Assembly: GCA_000004985.1 (NCBI GenBank)
Contig: GG738903.1
DNA: 64,000 nucleotides
Strand: one strand, 5' to 3'
Source of the DNA: Naegleria gruberi
Taxonomy: Eukaryota
Shown here: piece by piece, positions 19,990 through 29,002 of the stretch
How the letters are laid out: the number at the start of each line of letters is the position of its first letter
How positions within the stretch are numbered: the first letter of the stretch is position 1
Notes under the pieces: model-generated
Database searches by the model: none
Told to the model about the DNA's origin: nothing
Seen by the model: the letters and a program-made list of their open reading frames with translations, nothing else
Made by a program: the position numbers and the translations under genes

Positions 19990-20886
19990 TTATTCAACAA
20001 CATCACCACCATTAACATGAATGGTTTGACCAGTTACGTATGAAGAATCCTTACTTGCCAAGTAGACATAAGCTGTGGCGCATTCAAATGGTTGACCAGC
20101 TCGACCCAAAGGAGTAGATTTACCAAATTCCTTCATCTTATCCTCAGGGAATGTACTTGGAATAAGTGGAGTCCAGATTGGACCAGGAGCAACACTATTG
20201 ACAAGAATACCTCTTGAAGCCAAATTACTTGCCAATGATCGAGTGAAGGTAGTGATTGCTCCCTTAGTGGAAGAGTAATCCAATAAGACATCCTTGCCTC
20301 TGTAGGAAGTTACACTGGTAGTATTGATGATTCTACCGGTTTGATCTGGAAGATACTTGAGTGCAGCTCTTGCCATGTAGAAATAGGAAAAGATATTTGT
20401 TTTGAAGGTATTTTCCAGTTGTTCATCACTGATATCTGTCAAATCTTGTTGAACAGTCTGAGTAGCTGCATTATTGACGAGAATGTCGAGTTTGGAGAAT
20501 TCCTTAACTGTCTTTTCAACTGCCTGATTACAAAAATCAGAAGTTCTAACATCTCCTGGAATAAGAAGACATTTTCTTCCTTCCTTTTCAATGAGTTGTT
20601 TTGTTTCTTGAGCATCCTTCTCCTCTTCCTTCAAGTAGACAATTGCCACATTGGCTCCTTCTCTGGCAAAGAGGATTGAAACTGAACGTCCAATTCCTGA
20701 ATCACCTCCAGTAATGAGAGCAACCTTGTCACGTAACTTGTTAGATCCTTTGTAATAGTCTGGATCGTCGTATTGTGGAGCAGTGAGCATGACATGCTCA
20801 AGACCTGGTGGTGATTGTTCTGGTTGCTTTCTGACTTCCTCCTTTGAGAATGAGGTTGGTTTGGATGATATTTGGCCAGTTGACAT
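19990..20886 (-). CDS. Short-chain dehydrogenase/reductase, classical SDR (bacterial YghA / general-stress-protein-39-like)
   Basis: 298 aa. Cofactor-binding motif TGGDSGIG, NNAA motif, catalytic YSSTKGA (YxxxK) and PGPIWTPL. The long N-terminal extension before the Rossmann fold is typical of the YghA/GS39 subgroup. True ATG start. Confidence 0.8.
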   Translation of the reverse strand: MSTGQISSKPTSFSKEEVRKQPEQSPPGLEHVMLTAPQYDDPDYYKGSNKLRDKVALITGGDSGIGRSVSILFAREGANVAIVYLKEEEKDAQETKQLIEKEGRKCLLIPGDVRTSDFCNQAVEKTVKEFSKLDILVNNAATQTVQQDLTDISDEQLENTFKTNIFSYFYMARAALKYLPDQTGRIINTTSVTSYRGKDVLLDYSSTKGAITTFTRSLASNLASRGILVNSVAPGPIWTPLIPSTFPEDKMKEFGKSTPLGRAGQPFECATAYVYLASKDSSYVTGQTIHVNGGDVVE

Positions 20887-21081
20887 TTTTTAAGCTAGTA
20901 TTTTGATGTGGAGGCAAATCCTCAAACATTTTATTCATTTACAATAATGGTTTAGATGGAATATTTCCATGTTTGGTTTTGCTAAATTGAATTTTTCCAT
21001 AAACTCATTAGGTATTTTAGGATGGGCTAATTTATTCAACTTGCTAATAGTACAATCTTTCTACTTGTAAAAAGGATAGGT

Positions 21082-22175
21082 TTATCTTCTGAAAGTATTC
21101 ATTCTATTGATATTATTCATAGTATTTTGTTGATGCATTCTTTGCATGTTCTGGCTATGAATATTTTGATGCATTCTCATATTGTCGTGCATTCTGTTCA
21201 TGTTTTGATGATGCATTCTCATGTTATTCTCGTTGGTTCTGCGATTTTGCTCATTGGTTCTATGGATATTTTCATTCATTCGTCTAATATTTTCTCTATG
21301 TATTTCGTTACTTCTGTTAATTGATTCGTTCGTTCTACGGATGCTATCATGTAATCTTCTATTCTCCTCAGCTCTTCTCATGTTATCAAAAACACTATTG
21401 AAATGCTGATCATCGTTATCATCATCATCATTGGCGTAGTATTGAGCTTCTCCTGAGCCATCCATATAAATAGTTCCTCCATTCGACAAATCAACAGGTT
21501 GACCATTAATGTACATTGTAAATCCAGAATTTCGCTGAGGTGGTACATATTCATTCGATTCAGCACCCTCTTGTTGCTCTTGTTGTTGAGGTGGAACATA
21601 TGATTGAGGTTGCTGTTGTCCATCATTCACATAATATTGAGAATAGCCAGCATTTCCATTCGAGACTTGATAAGGCTGAGCATTGTTAAAGTTAACATAA
21701 TTGCCACCAGCAAACATATTATTTCCAAAACCAAACACTAATCCATTATTATTATTATTTGAGCTAGTTCCATTCTCCTGGGCAACCAATCCAGGAATCA
21801 ACAAAACGTCAAATATCTGTCCCACTCCACACAATCCAAATGTGAACAAGTAAACAATACCCATCGTCCACGAATTCAAATAAAATCGATGAATACCAAA
21901 TAAACCAAAGAAACAAAGTGCCCACAGCACATACGCCTATTTTGGAAATATTTAAAAAAAAACAACATGTAAGATAACGACATGATAGATCACATAATAA
22001 ACCGAACATGCAAATTTCATAATAACATAATTAATAAATATAAATAATATTCGTGATGATGATGAACCAATCGCCACGTAATTTTTTGGTTCATGAAAGT
22101 GGGTAAATGGAGCATCCAAAGTGTTGGCGGGAAAAAAATCAAATTCGCGAAACGTACCATAGTAATGTCTTTCAT
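21082..22175 (-). CDS. TM2-domain protein with a long N/Q-rich prion-like region and a basic His/Arg/Asn repeat tail; probable upstream micro-exon
   Basis: TM2 domain AYVLWALCFFGLFGIHRFYLNSWTMGIVYLFTFGLCGVGQIFDVLLIPGL (two helices around a DRF-like HRFYL). The track start at 21930 is a GTG codon. The frame is open upstream to a stop that sits in an AATAG acceptor (exon starts ~21936). The nearest upstream ATG with a donor (ATGAAAGACATTACTATG|GTACGT, 22158..22175) would give a 221-nt intron. The C-terminal half holds N/Q/G/Y-rich low complexity and imperfect HRxNxNxRR(T/M)NE repeats. Confidence 0.55.
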
Positions 22176-22314
22176 TTTTTTTTGAGGTTGAAAATTAAAA
22201 GCGCTGAGATATTCAATCAGAGTTGAAATTGAAGGTTACAAAGAAGGAGAATGGTTACAAGTCACCTGTGATTTCGGAGTTGGTCATTTTGATTGGAATG
22301 TTAGAAACAGAGTT

Positions 22315-23321
22315 TCAAAACGAAACATCGCCACTGTATCCTTGTGAATAAGGCCCTTCTCCTGCTATTGTTTCAATAATTCCATTCCTTGATACCTTTC
22401 GAATAGCATTATTGCCACTATCGGATATATACATTTCATCGTTGGAAGAAACAAAAACATGCATTGGATAATTGAGTTGGGCATTTGTTGCTGAGCTACC
22501 ATCTCCTTCAAATCCATCATTTCCATTTCCTGCTATTGTTTTAATTATTCCACTTTTAGAACCTTTCTAATTCTAAAATTATTAGAATCTGTAATATAAA
22601 TTTCTCCATTAGAGTTTACAAATGTGCTCATTGGACAATTGAGTTGAGCCTGAGTGGCCAATCCGTCATCTCCACTGAATCCTTCGTTTCCATTTCCAGC
22701 TATCGTTTCAATTATTCCACTTTTCGAAACCTTTCTAATACGATGATTTGCTGAATCCGTAATATATACCTCTTCGTTGAATACAAATACATTCATTGGA
22801 CAGTTGAGCTCGGCATTAATTGCCAAACCACCATCTCCTGAACATCCTAATTTTCCATTTCCTGCTATTGTTACAATATTTCCGTTTTGTAAAACCTTTC
22901 TAACTCGATTATTCAGATAATCCGAAATATAAACTTCTCCATTTTCTGAAACAAACACACTCGTTGGATAATTTAATTTGGCATTAATAGCTGGACCATT
23001 ATCTCCTTCAAATCCACCTTCTCCATTTCCAGCAATCGTTTCAATTATTCCATTATTCGAAACCTTTCTAATTCGATGATTATGATAATCTGCAATATAT
23101 ACTTCCTCCTTTACAACAAACACACCATTTGGATAATTTAATTTAGCATTAATTGCCAATCCACCATCACTCGAAAACCCCAATTCACCATTCCCTGCTA
23201 CTGTCATGATTTTCTGATTATTTAATTTTCTAATTCGATGATTGTTGCAATCAGCGATAAAAATTTCATCATTTGATGAAACAAAAACGCACGTGGGTCC
23301 GAAGAGTTGAATTGGAGGCAT
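22315..23321 (-). pseudogene. NHL-repeat (six-bladed beta-propeller) protein gene interrupted by a single-base frameshift near 22559; pseudogene or sequencing error
   Basis: ORF 22545..23321 holds five or six repeats of the form IETIAGNG..GFSGDGGLAINAKLNYP..VFV..NGEVYI.D..NHRIRKV. The next two repeats continue downstream in the -1 frame to a stop at 22315-22317. At the join the sequence reads AGAAAGGTTCTAAAAGTGG where every other repeat has …AAGGTT TCT AAA AGT GG (IRKVSKSG), so one T is missing. Confidence 0.55.
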
Positions 23322-23439
23322 TTTTTTCTTGTTTTTTACAACGACAATGAACTTTGATTTTCACAACTGTAAAATTCATTTAATCTTTTGGATTCAAGTC
23401 GTATATGGCTCAGGATGGTGAAATTGGTTACATATTTAA

Positions 23440-24459
23440 CGATCGAGGAATAATAAACTAAAACTAAAGGAAAGTCTATACATTAATTTAGTTTTAATTA
23501 TTATTTACAAATTATTAGTTTTTAAATGACTATTTTCCAAGGGCCTTATTTAACAATTCCACAGTGTGTTTCCAAACTGTTTCTCTGATACTATCGCTAT
23601 GACTCTTTGTCACTTTTGCTGGCTCTCCATGTTCATCCAATAAATGGAAACCCTTCCGTGTCGATTCTGAACTTAATCCCTTGTAAATATTGTCGGCACA
23701 TTGTTCTGGAGATCTGGCAAAGTTTTGGAAGAAACGTGTGGTCCATCTCACGACAGCTGGCATTTCACGTCCCCATTGTGTGGCAATGAATCCAGGAGCT
23801 TGATGAATGAATGCAATATTTTGATTGCCTTCCTCTTTGGATAATTGATCCATGGCTAGATCATTGTAAAATCCAGCTGCATCTGCTGCATTCTTCAATG
23901 TAAAATTGTGTTTCAAATCCAAATCATCCAATTTAGTGTAAGGTGAATGAACACCAGCTGATAAAACAGTCAAGACTCTCACATCTGAATTCTTTGATGT
24001 CAATCTCAATAAATCTTGCAATTGTCTCACAAACATAACTCTTCCATAATAATGAAGTGCCAATTTAACATCAATTCCTTCCTTTGTTTCTGTTCTTCCA
24101 TTCATACTTGCAATTCCCTGTGAGAGAACACAATAATCCAATCGATCATGATTTTGTTTATATTCCTCACACACTTTTTCAATATCCTTCATGAGAGAGG
24201 CATCCACTTTGATCATTTCAAACTTTCCTTCTGGATTCAATTTTTTCATTTCTTCAATAATTTCCTTTCCTGCTTCTTCACTTCTTCCCATAATTGAAAC
24301 ATTGAATTTTTGAGAGGCAAATTTAATTGCCAATGCTCTTCCGATACCTGATGTACCTCCAACACACAGTGCTTGTTTAGTAGCCATTTTTGTTTCTGAT
24401 AAATTTGTAGAGATGATTGTTGTTTTGTTTTTTTTTGAAATTATTTGAGAGATTTGCAA
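23440..24459. repeat. Copy A of a ~1.1-kb inverted segmental duplication (SDR gene plus proximal promoter plus ~75 bp of 3' UTR)
   Basis: Reverse complement matches 36088..37110. It is identical over the 5' two-thirds of the CDS and the proximal promoter, ~95% over the 3' UTR, and visibly diverged in the 3' third of the CDS. Confidence 0.8.
23530..24387 (-). CDS. Short-chain dehydrogenase/reductase, inverted paralog A of 36176..37036
   Basis: N-terminal TGxxxGIG-type motif (VGGTSGIGRALAI), NAG/Rossmann core, Tyr/Lys region. The first ~205 codons and ~75 bp of 5' flank are nucleotide-identical to the + strand copy at 36176. The ORF-track extension to 24576 is an open frame upstream of the conserved ATG (MATKQALCVGG) and is not supported by the paralog. 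Confidence 0.75.
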   Translation of the reverse strand: MATKQALCVGGTSGIGRALAIKFASQKFNVSIMGRSEEAGKEIIEEMKKLNPEGKFEMIKVDASLMKDIEKVCEEYKQNHDRLDYCVLSQGIASMNGRTETKEGIDVKLALHYYGRVMFVRQLQDLLRLTSKNSDVRVLTVLSAGVHSPYTKLDDLDLKHNFTLKNAADAAGFYNDLAMDQLSKEEGNQNIAFIHQAPGFIATQWGREMPAVVRWTTRFFQNFARSPEQCADNIYKGLSSESTRKGFHLLDEHGEPAKVTKSHSDSIRETVWKHTVELLNKALGK

Positions 24460-25574
24460 GAAGTTTTTATTCGCTGCGTTCATCCGGGAAGACTTTGAGG
24501 CATAAGTACAAAAAAATTGATAAACACCACTGGTCCCAGCACAATTTGACCCTCCACCATTGTTAATCTGAGTCATCTCTCATCAGGAAATCTTCTCTCT
24601 TCAACCTCTGCGTATTGGATGGTACTTCTCTTGTTTGAATGTATTTTGAAGGTTCCAGTTGATAACCGAAACGATATGTTCTGAGCACTCTTTCCAGCAT
24701 AGAAGCTTTGAAAGTATGCTCAGCACATAATTGACATCATGATAAATTATTGGAAAGTGAGCAATCATGGTTGTTCAACACTGTAGTTCCTTCTTTCGTC
24801 AGCAAAATGAACAGAAAGTTATACCACTCACCATATTTATAAATAATCTATTTTTATTAATTGCTATTTTTATTATTTTTTAATTGAAATTAATTTTTAT
24901 TAACATTAATTTCAATTAAAAAAAAATGCCTAAACCAAATCATCTGATCCTGAACCATGGCAGTTAATGAAGAAAGTAAGTAGTTTATAGTAAATAATTA
25001 ACAATTTGAACAGAATTAATTGAGTTATTCAGTGAAACTCAAAAACAAGCCTAAATCCAATTTAAACTAAAACAATTGATCAACGTAAGTTTTTTTATCA
25101 TTTCAACTTTTATTTAACTAAAAACCTAGTCCGCACAATCAAACCAGCAACAGCAGTCATTAACAAATGTAAGTTTAAACCGATTTATTTATTGATGATT
25201 AACATATTTTTTTGTTAAATATCTGAAATTTTCAACTGTCACAAAGAGAAGGGTATTGAGTTGATTCATTAGTTGTAAGTCACTTTTCTTTTATTGTTAT
25301 TAATTCAAAACTAACAAGAATACATTATTGAAGAGCCCTTAACTGACCCGAAGAGGATGATCTTGAAGAAGGCTGACAGAACTCATGGTGCTTCAAATCA
25401 ACTGTTTCTTCTTGGCCTTTTCGTTAGCACTGAATCAATGATGATTAAGCTTATATTACGGCTGTGATGTGGTGCCATTTTTTTGTTGATTACTTCCAAT
25501 TTATTTAGGTTGACCACAACTATTTTCAATAAACATTTTTCTTCAACTACAAGTCAAATCAAGTCTTCTGAGAA

Positions 25575-25720
25575 CAATGTAAAGTGAGCAATCTGAGCAC
25601 ACATACTAGCACACCCCCCAGAACAGTGCTCAGAAGACTTCTCAGCACACCTCTCAGAACTGTGCCCAGATCAATCCCAGCACAGATTCCTAGCACAGTG
25701 CCTAGAAGTGTGCTGGAGAT
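25575..25720. repeat. Degenerate short tandem repeat, about 12 copies of a (C/T)TCAGCACAG(T/A)G-like unit
   Basis: Direct reading shows tgagcacacatactagcacac…gtgctcagaag…ctcagcacacc…cccagcacag…ctagcacagtgcctag…gtgtgctgg. Related TGAGCAC/GTGCTCAG words recur at 24672, 24712 and 24755. Confidence 0.5.
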
Positions 25721-25769
25721 GATTTACCTGGGAAGCCCCTGGGATGACCACTCGGAATAAATTGCTTTT

Positions 25770-25833
25770 GAAAAAGATAAATTGATGCGCACGCAGCTTG
25801 GATGTGCTGAGGAAAATTAAAACGTACGAGCAG
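25770..25833. repeat. Conserved ~64-bp noncoding block shared with 36005..36068 (inverted orientation); outer edge of the SDR duplication unit
   Basis: Reverse complement is CTGCTCGTACGTTTTAATTTTCCTCAGCACATCCAAGCTGCGTGCGCATCAATTTATCTTTTTC. Copy B is CTGCTCGTACGTTTTAATTTCCCTCAACACTTACAAACTGCGTGCGCACCAATTTTTCTTTTC. Both contain the palindromic words CGTACG and TGCGTGCGCA. Copy A lies 35-100 nt past the stop of the Cys-rich 7TM gene. Copy B lies 108-171 nt upstream of the SDR-B ATG. Confidence 0.6.
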
Positions 25834-25867
25834 AGATTTCATTTCTACTACTGTTTGGCTCATTGTT

Positions 25868-27503
25868 TCAATTTCCAATAACTTCAGAATAGTAATTAGT
25901 GCTAGATTGTTCTGGATGATGATGAAGAAGAAGTGGTGAATGATTGGAGGAAAAATTTTGTTTGGATTTGAAACAACAGGAATAGCAAGATTTCAATTCA
26001 TCCATTTCGAATTCAATGTTGAGTAAACTGGCTGTAACGAGAAGGAGAATTAAGCTTGATAATATGTCGAGGGTTTGTTTCAGAGCACTTTCATTGGAAA
26101 TGCCAAGACTTAGGGCAATAGAAATGCAGAATGCAATGTAAACTAGAGTGATAAATACAAGATATTTGGCAAACTGAAAGATTTCGAATATAATTTAGAA
26201 AAGGTTAATGAAGAAACATACCTGACTTTTCCAAATGCTCACATCTGAAACTTTCTTCAGTGCTCTTCCAATAATTATTCCAAAAATTACGAATACTATT
26301 CAAATTGTAAATAGATTGCGAACCATTTCATAACTTACCTAATAGAGCAAGTGAAAATCCATTCAAAAAGTAAACTTTGGTCAAGACACGTTCCTTTGGC
26401 AAAACAAGAAGCATAGTTATTGGAACTGCAACTCCAAAAAATGACATTAGAAATGGAATTCCATAAATCAACAAGCTGTAAATTAAATTCTTCTTATTGA
26501 AAAAAACCAAAACCTTCCTCATCCAACCTCCCAACCATGAGAAGAGTGCCAACAATAATATAATATTCAAACAATCAATAATAGTTGGTACAATTAAGGC
26601 AATACCGTCTTCTGGATCTAACACAACAGCAAACATGTAAAATATTGCCTCTATCAATAATTTGAGCATTGTGTAAGAAATGGTGAGCATGTGAAAGAAT
26701 GACTTTGTTCTGATTGAATGGACCAGTTTTGGAATAAACACAATAAATAATCCAATAAAAAACTCTCCAACAATAATAGATTCCAACAATGCACGAATGG
26801 CAATGTGAATTATTTTGTCACTATTATAAGGTAAACATTTTGGTTGGTAGTATCCATTTGATAAACAAGTGCAATAGTAGGAAAATTCATTTTTGGACAG
26901 TTCACTTGTTTTAGATTTTGAATTATTGAACAGGAATGGAATTCCATATTCGAATGTTCCACAAAATAGCATTGAAGTTGGAAAATTGGTAATGGCCTGT
27001 TGTACAATCTCATTGTTTGCTTTACATTCCCTTCTCCTCACCAAATCTCTAAACACAACACTGTTATTTCCACAATATTGACATGCATTGATCCATTCCT
27101 CAACTGAACTATCCGAATGTTTCATCAAATTGTGCATGGAATTTTCTGGTAATCCACCACATAATACATCTATACAAGTTCTATTCCACTTGACCTCCAA
27201 ATTCCTAATCTTTTTGCAAATATTTTCATTCGAAACAATATTAATTCGTTCACCATCCCACTTGACCTTCTCCGTATAAAGTACATCTTCACATGAAAAT
27301 CCATCAGGAATCCAACTTTCAATATAAATATCATCAATTGAACCCGACATTTTCGAAGAAACTCCTGAACATTGCTGAAAGAAAGGATTCAGCCACTGCA
27401 AAGAGTAAACATTACCAGAAATAAAAATTAAAATAATTAAAAGACTGATCACACTTCCCAATGATGTAGAAGAGATGTTCTTGTGAGATTCAAATCGATG
27501 CAT
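25868..27503 (-). CDS. Seven-TM receptor with N-terminal signal peptide and Cys-rich extracellular domain (Frizzled/CRD-like architecture), three exons: 27503..26338, 26294..26221, 26172..25868
   Basis: Exon 1 ORF (391 aa) has a signal peptide, ~14 Cys in the ectodomain and four TM helices. It ends inside a GTAAGT donor. A 43-nt intron (26295..26337, …TTGAATAG) gives exon 2, VFVIFGIIIGRALKKVSDVSIWKSQ (TM5 plus basic loop). A 48-nt intron (26173..26220, GTATGT…TCTTTCAG) gives exon 3 with TM6/TM7 (YLVFITLVYIAFCISIAL, ILSSLILLLVTASLL) and a Cys-rich tail to the stop at 25868. All phases are consistent. Confidence 0.6.
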
Positions 27504-27764
27504 TTTTTTCTTTTGTAAATTGGCGGGAAATTTGATCTCTAGAAATTTATTGAAATGTGAAAACTAGTCGAACACAACAAATCAATAAATAGTATGGATG
27601 TAGAAAATTCCAGAATTATCTTGCGCTGTAATATTGTTTACAAGGAGCTTTAAATTAAATCTCCTGCGGAGTAACTCCTCAAACACTTCGTCGTGATTCT
27701 TGTGTTGTTTTTTCTTATCTCTTAAAAAAATGTCAAGATCGATTCTCGGCAATGCCTTTGTGTT

Positions 27765-28478
27765 GTGTTCCTTGTTGGTAATCTTTGCATTTGTTCCATT
27801 ATTAGTGGTGGTAAATTAAAGTATTCGAAACAAAGTATCAAAGAACCTCAACGTCCACTTCTTGCTCCACACTTTACCATGAAATGGAGAATTGTTGCCT
27901 CTACCAATGACAATTCTAGTATTCCACTTGATTGGCATCCTCTTCCACCAAAGAATGTGAAATACATGCTTGGTACTGGAACTACCTATTATGATTGGTC
28001 TCAAAAAGCCATGTTAGAAGTTTATGATGATTATTGTGTTCCAATCTTTGGTCCACTCACAGACAAGATCAATCAATTCAGATGTAATTTCCTTAATGTT
28101 AATTTGACAAGTTATCTCATTAGTTTGGATCCATCTCCATTTCCAAAATGTTGTGTGTTTGGTGAACAAGTTTTCCATCCTCCAGAACCAACCTTTTTGA
28201 ACAACATGTTCTACAATTCAAGTGCTGCACTTTTTGGTAAGCCAGTGGATTGGTGGGTTTTGGATACTGATCAGAATGATCCTGCAGAACCTTTCGGATA
28301 TGGTTTCTATCCAAAAGATCAAGTTAGTGGCTATCAAACACCTGCTGCTTTTTGGTTTAGAACTGTTGATGGATTTTCTATTCAATATTTCAAAGATTTT
28401 GAAGTGAAAAAGCCAGATCCATCTGTTTGGAAATTACCTTCATATTGTGTCAATGCTCCATCGTGTGGATATTTGTAA
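27765..28478 (+). CDS. Hypothetical Cys/Trp/Pro-rich protein, possibly secreted via a short 5' exon
   Basis: 237-aa ORF; track start is a GTG codon. An upstream ATG at 27730 encodes MSRSILGNAFVLCSLL followed by a GTAATC donor. A 44-nt interval ending TTAAAG re-enters this ORF in phase (…YSKQSIKEPQRP…). The in-frame internal ATG (MKWRIV…) is the alternative start. No domain recognised. Confidence 0.35.
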   Translation: MFLVGNLCICSIISGGKLKYSKQSIKEPQRPLLAPHFTMKWRIVASTNDNSSIPLDWHPLPPKNVKYMLGTGTTYYDWSQKAMLEVYDDYCVPIFGPLTDKINQFRCNFLNVNLTSYLISLDPSPFPKCCVFGEQVFHPPEPTFLNNMFYNSSAALFGKPVDWWVLDTDQNDPAEPFGYGFYPKDQVSGYQTPAAFWFRTVDGFSIQYFKDFEVKKPDPSVWKLPSYCVNAPSCGYL

Positions 28479-29002
28479 ATTAAATTGATCAAATTAAAAA
28501 AGTTTTTCTTTATCAACTTTATTCGGAAGCCTTCTTCCTATCCAAGTTGGTGATGAAGAAGGTTTTGTATTTTTTATTTTTTTATTAAAATATTTAACGG
28601 TAATGTTGTGAGGCAACAAACACAATTGTCCATAAATAACATTAAAAACAACTTTGGAATAATAATTCACTATTTAAATCTTTTCAATACCATTCAACCA
28701 TTCTCTAACAACAAATCAAAGGTAACTTCTTTGCTGCTTTAAAATTTGCCGCCAAAACCAAGTACAATTTTCTTTAATACCGCCCACATGTTTATCCAAG
28801 TACATCACCACCAACCGATTAATGTTTTCCCTCGTAACAACACGTTCACCGTAAAGTTTCAGCAAACGCATCATAGGATTGTTATCACTAAAATTCAAAA
28901 AAAAAAATAGACGCACCCGATCCTGCCTTAATCAAGCTAGGAATTTGCAATACGATTTTGTATAATAATCAAACCCTATAATAATCATATACACTAGAGA
29001 AA

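Noticed and set aside
23530-24576. ORF-track version of SDR copy A with a 63-aa N-terminal extension (MTQINNGGGSNC…)
   Set aside because: The extension is not shared by the otherwise identical paralog B, whose upstream sequence is non-coding. Conservation of promoter sequence begins exactly at the MATKQ ATG.
25340-25500. Possible U2- or U5-like snRNA (GGCCTTTTCGTTAGCAC… followed by an Sm-like ATTTTTTTG)
   Set aside because: U2's nearly invariant GGCCUUUUGGCUAAGAUCAAGUGUAGUA is matched only partially (no GUAGUA branch-interaction box). The U5 loop (CCUUUUACUAAAG) mismatches at several positions and the flanking stem is wrong. Similarity is likely chance in AT-rich DNA.
28716-28916. Minus-strand 66-aa ORF with non-repetitive sequence (…LKLYGERVVTRENINRLVVMYLDKHVGGIKENCTWFWRQ…)
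   Set aside because: Could be an exon of a small gene, but no convincing start, splice partners or motif. Left unannotated.
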